DNA of 64,000 bases from Trichoplax adhaerens (Eukaryota; Animalia; Placozoa), in NCBI RefSeq assembly GCF_000150275.1, contig NW_002060945.1, positions 2,813,172-2,877,171 of the forward strand, given 5' to 3'. Shown here piece by piece: positions 52,201 to 64,000 of this stretch. Under the pieces are notes generated by a model. It did no database searches. It worked only from the letters and a program-made list of their open reading frames with translations, and had not been told where the DNA came from. The position numbers were made by a program, and so were the translations under genes. Numbering within the stretch: position 1 is the first letter of the stretch; each line of letters begins with the position of its first letter.

Positions 52201-53130
52201 CCATCAATGCTACTGTGAAGCAGTTATAATTCTTTATTTTCATCAGCAACTGTAATCTTTTACGGCCATGGACTGTTAGCAATTTCTAGTAGTCCATGGT
52301 ACAGTCGTAGTACGATTATTATTAGCAAAGTATTATATCAACTCATCTCTAATTAATTCCAATAATCTTTTAAATAACAACAATATTTCCCCCTCCCCAA
52401 CCGGTAACTTTGAAACAGTCTTTTCACCTAAAAGCATCTAGTGTGGTACCATAATTAATTAAAATTAATCGTCAACACCCTAAATGAGTCAAGTAAAGTT
52501 TTTGCGAGTATTTGCAGCATAATAATATCTTAGACATCACGAGACAATGTTACCGTGTGTATTGAAAAACAAGTCATTTTACAAATGCCTAGTCATTGTA
52601 AAGAATACCTAACAACAATACGACGACAGCTAATAATCAACATATTGCCAAAATTTCATGAACCGTCTTGTATGGTAGCTTGAAGATTAGCATGACCATG
52701 AACGTTCATATTACCGTAATTATTGCTAATAAGAACGTTGGTAAGATTTTTCCGTGCAAGTTCTGCCTATACTCGTTGTTAATGCATTCTTAACGTAGCA
52801 AAATACATGTTGCTATAAGTTTCTGGTATGTTTACTTTTCCATTATCATTAAATTCATTACTTTAGAATCTATCACATCGGTAGTTACTGAAAACCTTGA
52901 TGATTTTACGGATCATCAAATACTATCAAATCTGCAGATAAAATGTAATCACTTTTAAATTAAATACGTCTGTGTTAAAGAAACTCTTTCCTACATTCTT
53001 TGCGTATTTCTAAATGATAGAAATTTAATCCTGACGAAATTTTAATAAACTTACTGGTGCTAGCCTCATATGATTGAAAAAAGGTACCGATCCACACCAA
53101 AAAAAGCAAAGTCCAAACAATGCCGTTCAT
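31276..53130 (-). CDS. Giant adhesion GPCR (class B2): SP - IgGFc-binding-like N domain - 14 Ig - 6 FN3 - Ig - HRM - GAIN/GPS - 7TM; at least 42 coding exons, about 3,050 aa plus an unresolved C-tail (probably extending to about 30650-31000)
   Basis: Spliced by hand with consistent phases and no stops from ATG 53130 (MNGIVWTLLFLVW) to the TM7 exon 31317-31276. GPS exon 34458-34338 reads WSSAGC...TVCYCNHMTTFTSLL. TM1 ITYVGCGIAI, TM3 FSWQLVE, ECL2 CWL, TM6 LLPVFGIGW, TM7 MLQGILIFVFYC. Confidence 0.9.
32236..32724 (-). mobile_element. LTR-like segment with adjacent PBS-like stub in an adhesion-GPCR intron
   Basis: TGTGAG...CTCACA termini (489 bp). Minus-strand TATATAAG (32483-32476) and AATAAA (32386-32381). 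Immediately followed on the minus strand by TGGTGGATAT (PBS-like). No TSD. Confidence 0.4.
34338..38384 (-). other. Membrane-proximal Ig (38384-38109), hormone-receptor motif (37991-37502) and GAIN domain with GPS (37345-34338)
   Basis: HRM: YC....I.WPKT.SG.TA...CP....G.A.R.C......W...N...C. GAIN end: NSKVFSI, QCTYWD, WSSAGC, CYCNHM|TTF. Confidence 0.88.
40141..40706 (+). mobile_element. Possible solo-LTR-like insertion in an adhesion-GPCR intron
   Basis: GC-richer than flanks; TGT...ACA ends; TATAAAAGG at about 40534 followed by a cagtc Inr-like site; AATAAA at about 40653. Left boundary uncertain and no TSD found. Confidence 0.3.
40768..41585 (-). repeat. Recent tandem duplication of an FN3 exon (offset 486 bp)
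   Basis: About 40768-41030 vs about 41254-41516 are nearly identical, including about 35 bp of donor-side intron. The acceptor-side end of the exon is more diverged. Confidence 0.95.
41714..41751. repeat. 38-bp near-perfect palindrome
   Basis: gtcattttgcaaactgccc|gggcattttgcaaaatgac, one mismatched pair. Confidence 0.85.
42908..50098 (-). repeat. Array of 14 I-set Ig-domain exons (255-300 nt each, all phase 1-1)
   Basis: Exons 50098-49826, 49384-49109, 48868-48596, 48401-48123, 47956-47684, 47446-47177, 47030-46752, 46556-46278, 46178-45912, 45725-45447, 45244-44978, 44864-44586, 44432-44178, 43207-42908. Each has the Ig C...W...Y.C core, most with GxPxP and D/xxGxYxC. Confidence 0.93.
50547..51800 (-). 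other. Exon 2 of the adhesion GPCR: IgGFc-binding protein (FCGBP) N-terminal-like domain (1254 nt, phase 1-1)
   Basis: GKEFYVGF, VTSDEDITI.AY, VYPT.MYGKEY, TLNKGE.Y, DISGT.V.S, EQSVPV, YRIVA, YINIVV, LLDG, GFHTV.H, YG.....SYGF motifs typical of this domain family. Confidence 0.8.
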
Positions 53131-54855
53131 CTTTGCTAATCTGTAAAAAGCAAAATCCACGTTAAAAATATTACATTAAAAGTACCATAAATATCTTTAA
53201 AAGTTTTAGTTTCGCAAACTCATATTTTGTATTTTTTAGAGATATTGAATGATAGATTATTTTTCTCTCCATGTAATAAATATCCTTCACATTTTATCAA
53301 CCATTATCGCAATAAATAATGAGCAATGATGAACTATTACCGTAATTTATAGTTTATCTTGAGAAAATAGCATTAATACCACAACTATCTTGATAGCTAG
53401 GCGTTTTATTACGAAAACTATGACAGATAAGCGAATCTTGCAGAAAGAGGAAACTTGTAATATACCTACCCGAAATTATGGGACTTCGATAAATTGGTTA
53501 GTGTGATAAGAACATCCGATGAATTAGTAAGGCGCTCAAGGATAGAAGTTAATGCTGATTAATTAGAACTTTTATACTAAATCGAAACAATACAGTACTT
53601 GGTTCTCATGTGGAGCTTCCCCACCTAGCGTCATTTCACAAGTGCAACGCCTATGAAATGACATTCCTAGAAATTATCCACCGCTGTTACATATTTATAG
53701 CACTTTTGTTCTACTTTGTGAACAAGACACATTATTCTAAGCACCTATAATTCAGAAATTACTTATCAAGCATATTTTAAAACTGGAAAAGCCTAGTTTA
53801 AATTTTAACGCGATACGATAGTTTTCCTATCGATTTAATCTCAAATTTAGTTCAATAAGATTTAAGATAATCCATAAGTTCAGTATTTATTTAGGACATA
53901 TTGTATCATCTATATTACACCTTCTAATTTCCAATTGTTATATTTTTGTGAGTAGTTCACATCTCATATAGCAGAATCAAATAAAGTTAGTTAAGAAAAT
54001 TTGTGATTCACACAACGTCTCTACTAAGCATAGTTACATATAGTAATTTCGAGTACTTCCATAATATCCATACCTTGAACCATTCCATTATGGGCATAGC
54101 CTAGCCCCAAATTAGCTTAATATTAAAATCATAAGTGTGTAATATTATCATGACATAGCAAGGTTGGGATCATTAGCGTGTTTTTTCCATAAGCACACTA
54201 TGAAAATGTTTTATATTTTGTATACCTTCTATATTACGATAACTATAACAAACCACTGGTACGAGTATTTGTTGTACTGGCCATGATTGCACGTATTGGT
54301 ACTGCATTGCATTGCATTACTGAATAGGATTTGCGTATAAATGGGTTGCAGAGTTAAGAGTAAAGTTAGTTACGAGTTATGGGTAACGAGTACGCTTTAA
54401 CATCTACGTTCTAGGCCAGCACTTAAGAGTAGGCTGGTAGAATTTTTACCAAGTTTTAAAGCAATGTTAAACACGACTGATTCTACTAAGAGATATTGTG
54501 ATAACATTATCAATTTAGAGCTGGTCTAGCCAATTAATTGGGAGGATATAATTGTGTTGCTAAAAATCATTCAGTAACTAATTTTACGTTTAGGATTTTG
54601 TCGTAATAATTTGAATAGTCTGATTGCAGCTAGATAGGCCTTGGTATTTGGAAAGCGAACCTAATTTATGTAATAAAATTAAGTTCACAAGAAACTGTAG
54701 TGCTTGTTTATTTATTTTAAAAGACTCGTTATCACAATATCAGGATAAATTATACCATCAGTGATTCCAAATAAAACATGGCTGACATACTTAGCCATAG
54801 CGTGTTTCAATCTCTAATTTCGTTCTATCAATTTAAGATAAACTCCAACGTTAGA

Positions 54856-54905
54856 NNNNNNNNNNNNNNNNNNNNNNNNNNNNNNNNNNNNNNNNNNNNN
54901 NNNNN
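54856..54905. other. Assembly gap (50 N)
   Basis: Run of n characters. Confidence 1.
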
Positions 54906-56876
54906 CATCTCTTACGATATTTTTCATAAACTAAAATCCAAAAATTAAAACAGATAAATTAATACAGAAAAATTATATCGGACATAAATCCGACCGGTTC
55001 CGGAATCCCAATCCCAAAAATCCGGATTTTATAAAGATTACTGTAATCGCTTATCAAGAAATTTTATATGACTACTACGACTACTTTTCTGACATTAGTA
55101 TCGCTTAGTATTGACAGTTGATGTTTTAGCGTCAGGTTGTACGGTAACTGTACGATTATAGACAACATTACATTATTCTACTGTCACGTTATAAATCCCC
55201 TTTCTCTATGGATAGGGTTTTTATTACTAAGTCAGATTCATTTACAGTTTGAATAGACGATCAAACGCCCTTTCTTTAGATTAGGTAATTGCTCTAGGGC
55301 TACTTCTATAGTAATCTATATGATACCCTGTAAAATAATGAAGAAGAAAAGATGGCGACATGATGATTTGGCAGGGTAAAACTTAAAGACACTATCACTT
55401 TCTAGGTATTTTCTACAGTAAAATAATACTAGCTACATACTAAAAGCTATAAAGGACTCTACTTTTAGTCCTTTACTACATATGATTGTAATATTAAGGT
55501 TTTAAGTTTCGATATAAACACATAGAAGTATGCAATAAATGTATTTTATTAAAGTTAGTTAAGTTAATCAGTTATTGAATAGGAACGTTGTCACTTAAAT
55601 CATGTTTACTCCTCTACTGTAGTAATAATTGCAATACTCGAAGCCCAATTAAGATATTAAAATTATCCTCATCATGTGTAAGATATAAGTTAATGGATAA
55701 GTGTATTACAATGTTGTATTACTCGTAAATGTTATTATGAAAGTAAACGTAGAATGTACATATTAGGCAGACATATGTACATTAGTATATTGAAATTTTA
55801 AAAGTCATAATTAATTACCAAAATGATTATTTTATCGATGACAACAGTTAAGCAGCGGTAATAAATGCAAATACTTAAAACTATTGCAACAGCTTATTAC
55901 CAACAATGTAATATTTCCTTAAACTGCTCTAAGTGGCTTTCTGCTCAGTAATTCTACTACTGGGTATCTATTTAACTGACTAATCTTAAAAGTACGCCTT
56001 AGTTTGCAGTATACTTAGGTAAGAGACACTATTATCGGAATGAAATTTTTTATATAAAATAGTGACATGCTCTACTTTGCAACTAAAATTAGTAATAATT
56101 TACTTAATGAGGTGAGTTTCTTATATAATCATACCAACTTTATCCAGTGCCAAACAAGCAATAATTTACCACTTAGTTATTATATGATTATTATGATATG
56201 GCATATTAATCATTAATATTACTCGCACTCTATCGAGTATAAAACCACTATTTAATTTTATCTTTCTTAGCTACTTGTATCATACTTACAGTTAATTCTA
56301 TAAATCCATTAATAGAATGTAATGATAGCCTTCTGTTACGATTTTCCTCACCACAAATGTTTGGTAGATGTTAATATTATTAAAATCTGTTTATAGGTTA
56401 CTAATAGAGTTATTAGTATTTGTATAGAAAGGTTGTATCACAATTAAGATGGCAGGCTTATTATTAATGAATATTACTTGTCAGACTGTAGTGTTAAGAG
56501 TACTTGTGGTATTTCGTACTATTGCTATATTTAGGATGTTATTATCACTTCTTCCTATTTGGTAGATTGGCCACATGTTATTATTGTTATTGAGGCTTAC
56601 CTGTTAGAGCATATTGATACAATAATTAATTATTATTGTTTGTAATACTACACATACGATAGATTATAAGCTTTATTATGAAATACTCATACTAATGTCA
56701 TTAACTCTATTTTTTATAGTAATCTATAGATATCTAAATCTCTTTATAATATACGTATTTACTTGTCGACAGGGCTAGAGAATGCTATATAAATGAACTC
56801 TTCTCTTACCCTCAAAAAGTTCCCGTAAAACTGCATCCCATATTTCTTAGAATTTAAATAAACGTAGTTATTCTAG

Positions 56877-56892
56877 CTCTCTCTCTCTCTCT
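56877..56892. repeat. (CT)8 microsatellite
   Basis: Direct reading. Confidence 0.9.
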
Positions 56893-59252
56893 CGTTCGTG
56901 AGTTCTAACCCTTGTTACAACTACAAGTCCTAGATTATAACAGTACTTAATTGGATTCTACTGGTTAACGTAATATATTTATATTAAGACTTATTATTAC
57001 CTATACCAATTATTAGATTAAATTCTCTATAGTCAAGTAATTTACTTATTAATTTGTTAATTAATATTTCCTTACACGGAAATCTGTAAATAGCTATGAA
57101 TAGATATAGGTTACATCCATTAAGTAAGAAACATTATCTTACATACTACAGTATATCGTCTTAATGGAATTTCAAACTTTTTTATGATTATTATTATACC
57201 GTAATAGAAACATAACAAAATGCCATTAGAAAGGACTGTATCAGCTCATGTTATTACCGATCTAAATGTAATGGCCCTCCTTGTATCTTTCAATCTTCGC
57301 TGTCAAATCAAATGAGATCAAATAAATTTATCCTTAGTTTATATTCATCTTACTTAAATTCGTATATACAATTTTAACTCCGTTATAATTTCTCTAGATT
57401 CTTAATTATAATCCGATTATATTATCACTTTCATGTAGTAGTATAAGCAATCCGGCGCTAACACACTACCTAGTTTAAACATTATCTTGAAACTATTACG
57501 GTATGCAACAACTACCCTTGCGACACAAGAAGCAACTCAGTACTTCCAGTGAATTTCAATTTAATCCGTAAGACTACTTCCCTAGCCTACGATACGGTAA
57601 CTGGAATCTTTATGAAGTACACATACTAACATATAACACAATATAACGTAACTTTCTTCTATTTCTTCTTCGCTCTTTATTAATTACTATTCCACTTGTA
57701 TACTCTATCAGTCATAGTAAACATATTTACTGCGCTATCAGCATATTTTAATAAGAATAATATTGTTTTAATTCGTTCGTAACAATTAACAATATATTCT
57801 GTAGCTCATATAATACGCAGCATAAGCATATCCGCGTAAATTTTTTATTATTTCATATCAACTGGGTTAACATCCTGTTACTTCGTTGATAAAGATATCA
57901 TACTAATGTATTTACTACAACAACAGACGTAACTTACCGATGATACCCATACAACTTAATATGAATAGACGATTATATAATATATGCAATCGTTGCATAC
58001 GAGTATCCACCCTCTGACCGTACTAATTTAAACTCATCACAACGTTAATAGATGATTAAATGAATGGGAATTAAATGAAATCCAATCTAATTTAATCTAT
58101 TAACTTGCTAATCTGCTCGCATTTTAATTGATTATCAAGTATTTTATTTAGAAATTCTTATAACCCTATTACCCAAAGTTTTTGAGAGAAAGTTATGTTA
58201 ATACGTTTGTAACAGGTTCTAAAATCATGAAAACCATAAGCATGATCAGGAACTGAATAAATTTCCTTAATTTTAGCTCCATAATTATATGTAGAATACA
58301 AGCACCATATTTCATTAAGCAGTAGTGATAAATATTAATTCTGGAATTGTGCCTTATAAATTATCAAACGATACAGTAACGTCAACAGTAAGAAAATTGA
58401 AAGAGAATTTTATAATAACTCGATATTTTTTCGTAGGTACAATGATGCATGCCAAGCTACAAATAACAGCTTAATTACGGTATGTATTGTCAATACTATA
58501 CTATGCAGAAATATTAATCAGTTGCACTTATATTGCCGTTTCCTTAAATCTTTAATAACATATGGTAATCCAGAAACAACACCTGTATTACAAAACTAAA
58601 GAAGTGCCTTTGACTAATTTACAAAATTATATATACATTGCAACGCCGAAAGATATAATTTTTGTATCAGTCAGGAAAATCTCCAATAATGAGATGCATT
58701 ACAATATCAATAGACAAGTTACATGACACGTTATAATTCAAAGAAAGCAGCTATTATAATTATAATTGTTACTTAAGATTTCTTCTTAATTGATTTCACA
58801 TTACCACATAGATTTCAACCTCGTTTAATCAAAATTATAGACATCTTCTTTGCCAGTTAATAATCGTTAGAATCGGTTGATAACTTATAGCCAGTTAATC
58901 ATGCAAGGTAAAGGTACATGTTGTTCTAACATTATTTCAATCGGGTATAATAACTTCAAAAAGCATAGAGAAAAAGGAAGAGGTATATCTTCCCATATTA
59001 TTTAGAAAATCAACTAAAATGATTGCTCTAGCTTCGTCTGCAGTTTATAAACTGTAGCATCATATTAAATGCACCAAATTGTAAATTTTTGCGAAAAAAT
59101 AATAATACTTGATATCAAATCAATTAAGGTCATGTATAACCTTCGATGAATAGTATAAAGTCTTTCATAGTCATAATCAGTATCACGATTTAAGTGTAAA
59201 AACCAGTTCAAATAGCAATACAAAATTTATTAAATCAGTCCGTATCACATAT

Positions 59253-62200
59253 TCAATCAATTGTTTTGTATAATGAAAATAAGTGATATAGTACCCTTAA
59301 TGTTGATTTAATATCCTTAGAAACCACATCTGTAATCACAACAACAAAAATTAATAAATATCTTTAAGACTATTTGCTGTTACATCATCATACATACCTG
59401 CTGGTACAACTCTGATTTTAAGCTCTTCGTTCTGTTCCATTAAATCAAGAGCGAAGGAAACATTATGTATCTGGAATAATACGATGTATATAACATTTAT
59501 TATTATCACAAGAATTTTGAAAATTAAAGCTGCGGATAACGCTACTAAGCCTTATGACTTGGTGAACATTCACAAAATACACCAATTTATTACTTCATAC
59601 CTTTTCCTTTTCATTACTAGGCGTTTTATAATATTTATGAAAGGGCACAAAGTATCCTTCCAATAGACCAGTTAATATGATAAAATTAACACCATTATGG
59701 AACTTGGACATATATTTTACAATGATAAAAACTGAAAATTAAATTCCTGTTGAGCAAATTTGATTATTTCAATAGTTCCCTTACCTGAGTCTCAATATCG
59801 TATACCTCTATGTTGACTTTTGACAAATGTTTATTTGCAAATGCTGTGAGTGACTAGAAAAAACATCGTAATAAACTATTACTGATAATCTAAGCCAGAC
59901 GAAGACAATAGATTTAATTATGTAAACTATCTATTATTCATGTACAACTTTGCTTACCCGTTTTACTACCTGAAGCTTCTCATCTGTCTGTTCGAATAAG
60001 ACATCAAAGACATCCCTCCCTGAACAGAAATAGTATTAAGAAAATTGAAACACAACCTGGCTATTACGCTACATAGCACAAAGACAGTAAATAAAAATCT
60101 AACATACCTTGAACACCCGAATTCGTATCACTAAATAGCATAAAAATCCATTTAGCACGAGAAATTTGCTTATTTTATGAATCGTTAAATCACTTTACTA
60201 CTGTATTTATAACGCAAGATGTAATCAATTATCATTGATATGCTATCGTTATACTTACGACTGAGGGAATCCAGTGATCATTTCTTTAAAATTATTTACA
60301 GCTAATCGACCATCCTGCATCTATAACGTAACCATAATTTATTGTTAATGTTTAATATTTCTCAGGTTCAGTAACAATGTCATAGTGTCAAAAAAATTCA
60401 AACAGCCACTTTCAGTAAGTATACCTTTACAGAAATGACAGGCATCGACACGTTAGCAGGCAATTTCGGAGGATTTTGACTTTGCTTGGAGATTTCAACC
60501 AATATTTGCAAAATTGATATTGCATTCTTCGAGTAAACTTCTAAGGTTCAAGGGTGGAAAGAAAAAATAAGGAACCGAAATAATACGCATTCACATTAAG
60601 AGACTGGGAAAATATAAGATCCTTTTATGCTTTAGATCATACATTTATAATCTTCAATACGGTTCAATTCAAAATTATTTTCTCTACATTTTCTATTGTT
60701 AAATATCTGAAATCACTTACTTTCGACAGACCAGTTCTTTCCACTTTCGGGATGTAACCACCTATGCACGTAATCCAATACGACTCTTAACCGTTCTTTC
60801 TACTCAAACAATTGCAAATAAGAAGAGACATTATTGTCAATCATAGATTAAATAAACTATCACACCGTAATATTCACCGATTACAATTCAATTTCTATTA
60901 CCTGACTTGCCACAGATTGCGCAATCTCAGGTACATCTAGTTTGGTACGGGCTAACTTTTCTATCCATATTAATACCAAATATTATTACAAAGAATCATC
61001 TCAACCATATATTAGTCGGTAAATTCTCTATATTACTTTAATAGCATCATGATATAGCCGTACGCTATTAATCCATGTAAAAGATGTTATCGATACTTGA
61101 AATATACAAATATCGCTTTACCTGTAAGAATAGCAAGTACTTGTCCATCGTATATATCATCTAATATATCTCTGACAATAATATGTTTATCTGATAATTC
61201 ATCATGTATCCAATCAGTCAGACACTATCCAATCAATAGCATTTTGCATTAAGAGAACGATCCAGTCGTTTAAGTAAGATTTACATTAGCGACACACCAT
61301 GCGTCATTAATAAAGTTCTATGTTACTGATGTTAAAATTACAATAAGGTGATGCGTTTAAAAATTGCAGCAGTATAAACAGTTATCTGAGCGTCTTTAAG
61401 CTTTACTTGCGCTATATGAAGTTTAAAATAATGACGAAATAAAATTGTGACATAAAACTCTTTTTGATATTTTTAAGGTAAATTGCCTAACATTTTAACG
61501 GTTTAGCCGTGATGCAATTAGTATTAACGATATTATTGCAGTACCTCGATCAATTCCTTCACCTTTGCATCTTCTAAAGCTCTCGGTTTAAGCATTTCAC
61601 GGGACTCGTCTTCATCTTTAGTATGGTGCATTACAGAAAATAGTAAATTGTAGCCATATTATTACTTTATAAATTATCTTAAAGCTGTAATAAGTAACAA
61701 TTGTTGACGTGTTCGGCGATGAAGAATGAAAAGTAATGTTACAATGTTTGTTACCTAGTACAAAATTTTCTTCTGATATATTGGGTTTGCCTAGTTGGAG
61801 AGCATCACGATCGAAACCTTCTAATAAATACGCTACAAAATAAAATTTAAAGTCTCTATAATTAATTATATATATTACAACGAATGTTAGAACATTATCT
61901 AATGTACTGTATATAACAATCTTAATAATATAAACGAACTCCAATAAATCTAATCAATGAAATAGATGTCAAACTTCACGCTATCAATACAGTGCAGTAG
62001 GTATAACATTTAATCCAGCATTGTACTGTACAATAGATCATCCAATAATTATAATAAATGCATACTGTATATAATAATTTAATTTTTATAAGCTCAACGG
62101 CAATAACAACACATTCTAGCCATCATTCTATTAGGTTATAATTTAACACTGTTATGAACCAATATACTCACAAGAAGCAACGCCATAAAGTATGGCGAGT

Positions 62201-62334
62201 GCCATATGTACGGTACATACTGTATCCTTCCTTTATAAACCACTATTACTGTATTTATTTATCCTAGTATTGATGCATAAGCTCTAACCTGGCCTTTGAC
62301 TTGATTTTTTACTTTTTCTCACACTAAATGCCAT
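59253..62334 (-). CDS. PARV: Parvin (two calponin-homology domains; ILK-PINCH-parvin complex), about 340 aa, 14 coding exons
   Basis: Spliced exons give DAKVKELIECLTDWIHDEL..HIIVRDI.DDIYDGQVL, RDVFDVLFE...EKL.VVKR, FANKHL.KVNIEV.DIETQFHNGV, GLLEGYFVP, HNVSFALDLM, DIKSTLRVLYHLFSLYK..*, all parvin hallmarks. First coding exon (62334-62289, MAFSVRKSKK) is the least certain. Confidence 0.93.
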
Positions 62335-62559
62335 GATCCTGCAATTATTCCAATACGCATTGAATTAACTAAATATCAATATATTCTTTTGATTTCTGCC
62401 ATAGTAAATTATTTCCCCGATGGTTGACAATCACATTTCCGATATGAACATCTCTATCTACTAGGTTTTATTCTCGTTGTTAGCAAGCAAACGTGACCAG
62501 ATATCCTGTATATCTTGTCCTATTCACTCTACCATGTTAAATCGTTATCAAAGCAGTAT

Positions 62560-63300
62560 TGCAACTTGGAAACAACAACTCAGGTGCGTAAGTGTGTAGA
62601 TAATAAAATAAACTCTATTTGGGGCGAAAGAAGGAGTCAAAACTAGAGTAAATAAGCTAGTATCCATTTCTATGCCATGTAAATTAACGCTGTATTATGT
62701 AGCTTGTTAACAATGAAAATGGCCATAAAAAGACAATTGCAGGAATTTTGAATAAAACGTTGCTGTATTGTGTAAGGACTTTTTTAGGATCAAGTTGGGA
62801 ATATCCGCTTCATTTTAGGTAGTAAACATGGCTGCAAGTTGTTGTTACAATTATATTATCATGATTTCTACTATCGATAGTTATTGTATCTACAAGATAG
62901 GAAAAAGTAGCAGCAAGCAGCACAAACACAAGGAAGATGTCCGTTGTGTATTCTCTTTTATTGATATACGCGTATACTGTATGGAAAGAATCGATGATTG
63001 CATAAAGTGTATTTTTGTAATCACCAACAGAAAAATTGACGATCTCATCCAGTGTAGAATAAAACTACCGACCAAGGCTAAATTGATATGATCGTCTTGA
63101 TACAAGTTGATCAAAAATGGAATCATGACGAATTCAAACATCAAGAATTATTATTCTACGCGTACATATACGACTACTTGTATGATACAATCAAGAGTTT
63201 CAATATCGAACAAAGTCTAGTTTCGTTTGATATCGTTGCAATTCTAGCAAGAATCATACTAGTACAAGATATTATGTATACAATTAGGCAAGAATCCTCC
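62560..63300 (-). pseudogene. Possible decayed rhodopsin-type GPCR relic
   Basis: Hydrophobic segments with a TM1-like IISCTSMILARIATISN, a TM3-like SILSIQY and a TM5-like VLFKIPAIVF, interrupted by stops. Confidence 0.3.
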
Positions 63301-64000
63301 TTCAAATTACACTGCTACGTCGGATGATAGATTAAACCTACTGTAACACTCGCCATTTCTACGCTATCGTACAAGACTGTCCAAAATCAACGCTATAAGC
63401 TGCTACTCAAGTCCTATTTAGGTCATGTACTGTACATGACTTCAAAAGGAGTTGAGTAGGTTAGTCATTCATCCATCTAAGTTAATACACCCTTGTGGAT
63501 TGGGCTTTCTCACCACTACCATTTGCAAGACTCACCTGGGTAATTGATGATCTTTGTCCCTCTCGTCTACAGCACCCTAAAATATTACTCCTAATGGCAG
63601 CACTGCAATTCTTCAACTCTCTCCTAATGTAATTCAACCATTAGAAAAATGTTGTTCAATGTGTCTCATTGAAAAGAAGCAGCCTTACTGGAATGAATTT
63701 GCTCTCAATTGCTCATCCACGATCGACGATAGGCCTCAAAGGTGCAATGCATGCAAGTAGAAGGAAGAAAAACAACAACTTTTTGAAAAGCTTAGGTCGA
63801 TCCTGTAGACCTGTACTGTAGATGGTCACTACTAGCCACTACCGGTGTTGAACGGGATACTTGTATAATGTTTACACTAGAAAGAGCCAGAGGTATACAC
63901 ATGCGCAGTCAAAGTATTTCTTGCATCTCGTACGAAATTGTACGGTACAGTACAGAGTCTGATTATTTTGGATGGCACCCTGATAAGATAGATTTATTAT

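Noticed and set aside
54200-55030. Third LTR-like block (TATA-like motif at about 54336) and atccg repeats near the gap
   Set aside because: No matching termini, PBS or TSD, and it is next to an assembly gap.
53130-59253. Functional linkage of parvin with the adjacent adhesion GPCR
   Set aside because: Same-strand adjacency alone is not evidence of co-function in a eukaryote.
63450-63830. Minus-strand PLRPIV (Penelope-RT-like) and DRPKLFKKL motifs
   Set aside because: Isolated short motifs with no further RT subdomains in order.
1-64000. CRISPR arrays, rRNA genes, prokaryotic operons; the many 60-85 aa hydrophobic ORFs
   Set aside because: No repeat-spacer array or rRNA sequence was seen and the DNA is spliced eukaryotic sequence. 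Most short ORFs are expected by chance in AT-rich DNA or are antisense shadows of real exons.

Overview
AT-rich eukaryotic genomic DNA with many short GT-AG introns. Composition, intron style and gene content suggest an early-branching animal, possibly a placozoan such as Trichoplax (inference only). Hand splicing supports seven protein-coding genes: TSPO (2 exons), two paralogous orphan rhodopsin-type GPCRs (one with an intron, one intronless), a solitary divergent histone H2B, a kappaB-Ras/NKIRAS GTPase (7 exons, 193 aa), parvin (14 exons) and the centrepiece, a giant adhesion GPCR. The adhesion GPCR lies on the minus strand, spans about 22 kb with at least 42 exons and about 3,050 aa, and has an architecture I do not recognise from any named family: signal peptide - IgGFc-binding-like N domain - 14 Ig - 6 FN3 - Ig - hormone-receptor motif - GAIN/GPS - 7TM. 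Its Ig and most FN3 modules sit on symmetric phase-1 exons, one FN3 exon is recently duplicated, and a furin-type site lies in the last FN3. Intergenic and intronic DNA holds many decayed relics: duplicated GPCR pseudogene fragments, an LRR pseudogene, possible aspartic- and serine-protease relics, a degenerate non-LTR RT fragment, LTR-like segments, a MITE-like element and palindromes. There is one 50-N assembly gap. All homology calls come from motif recognition by eye, not from database searches.
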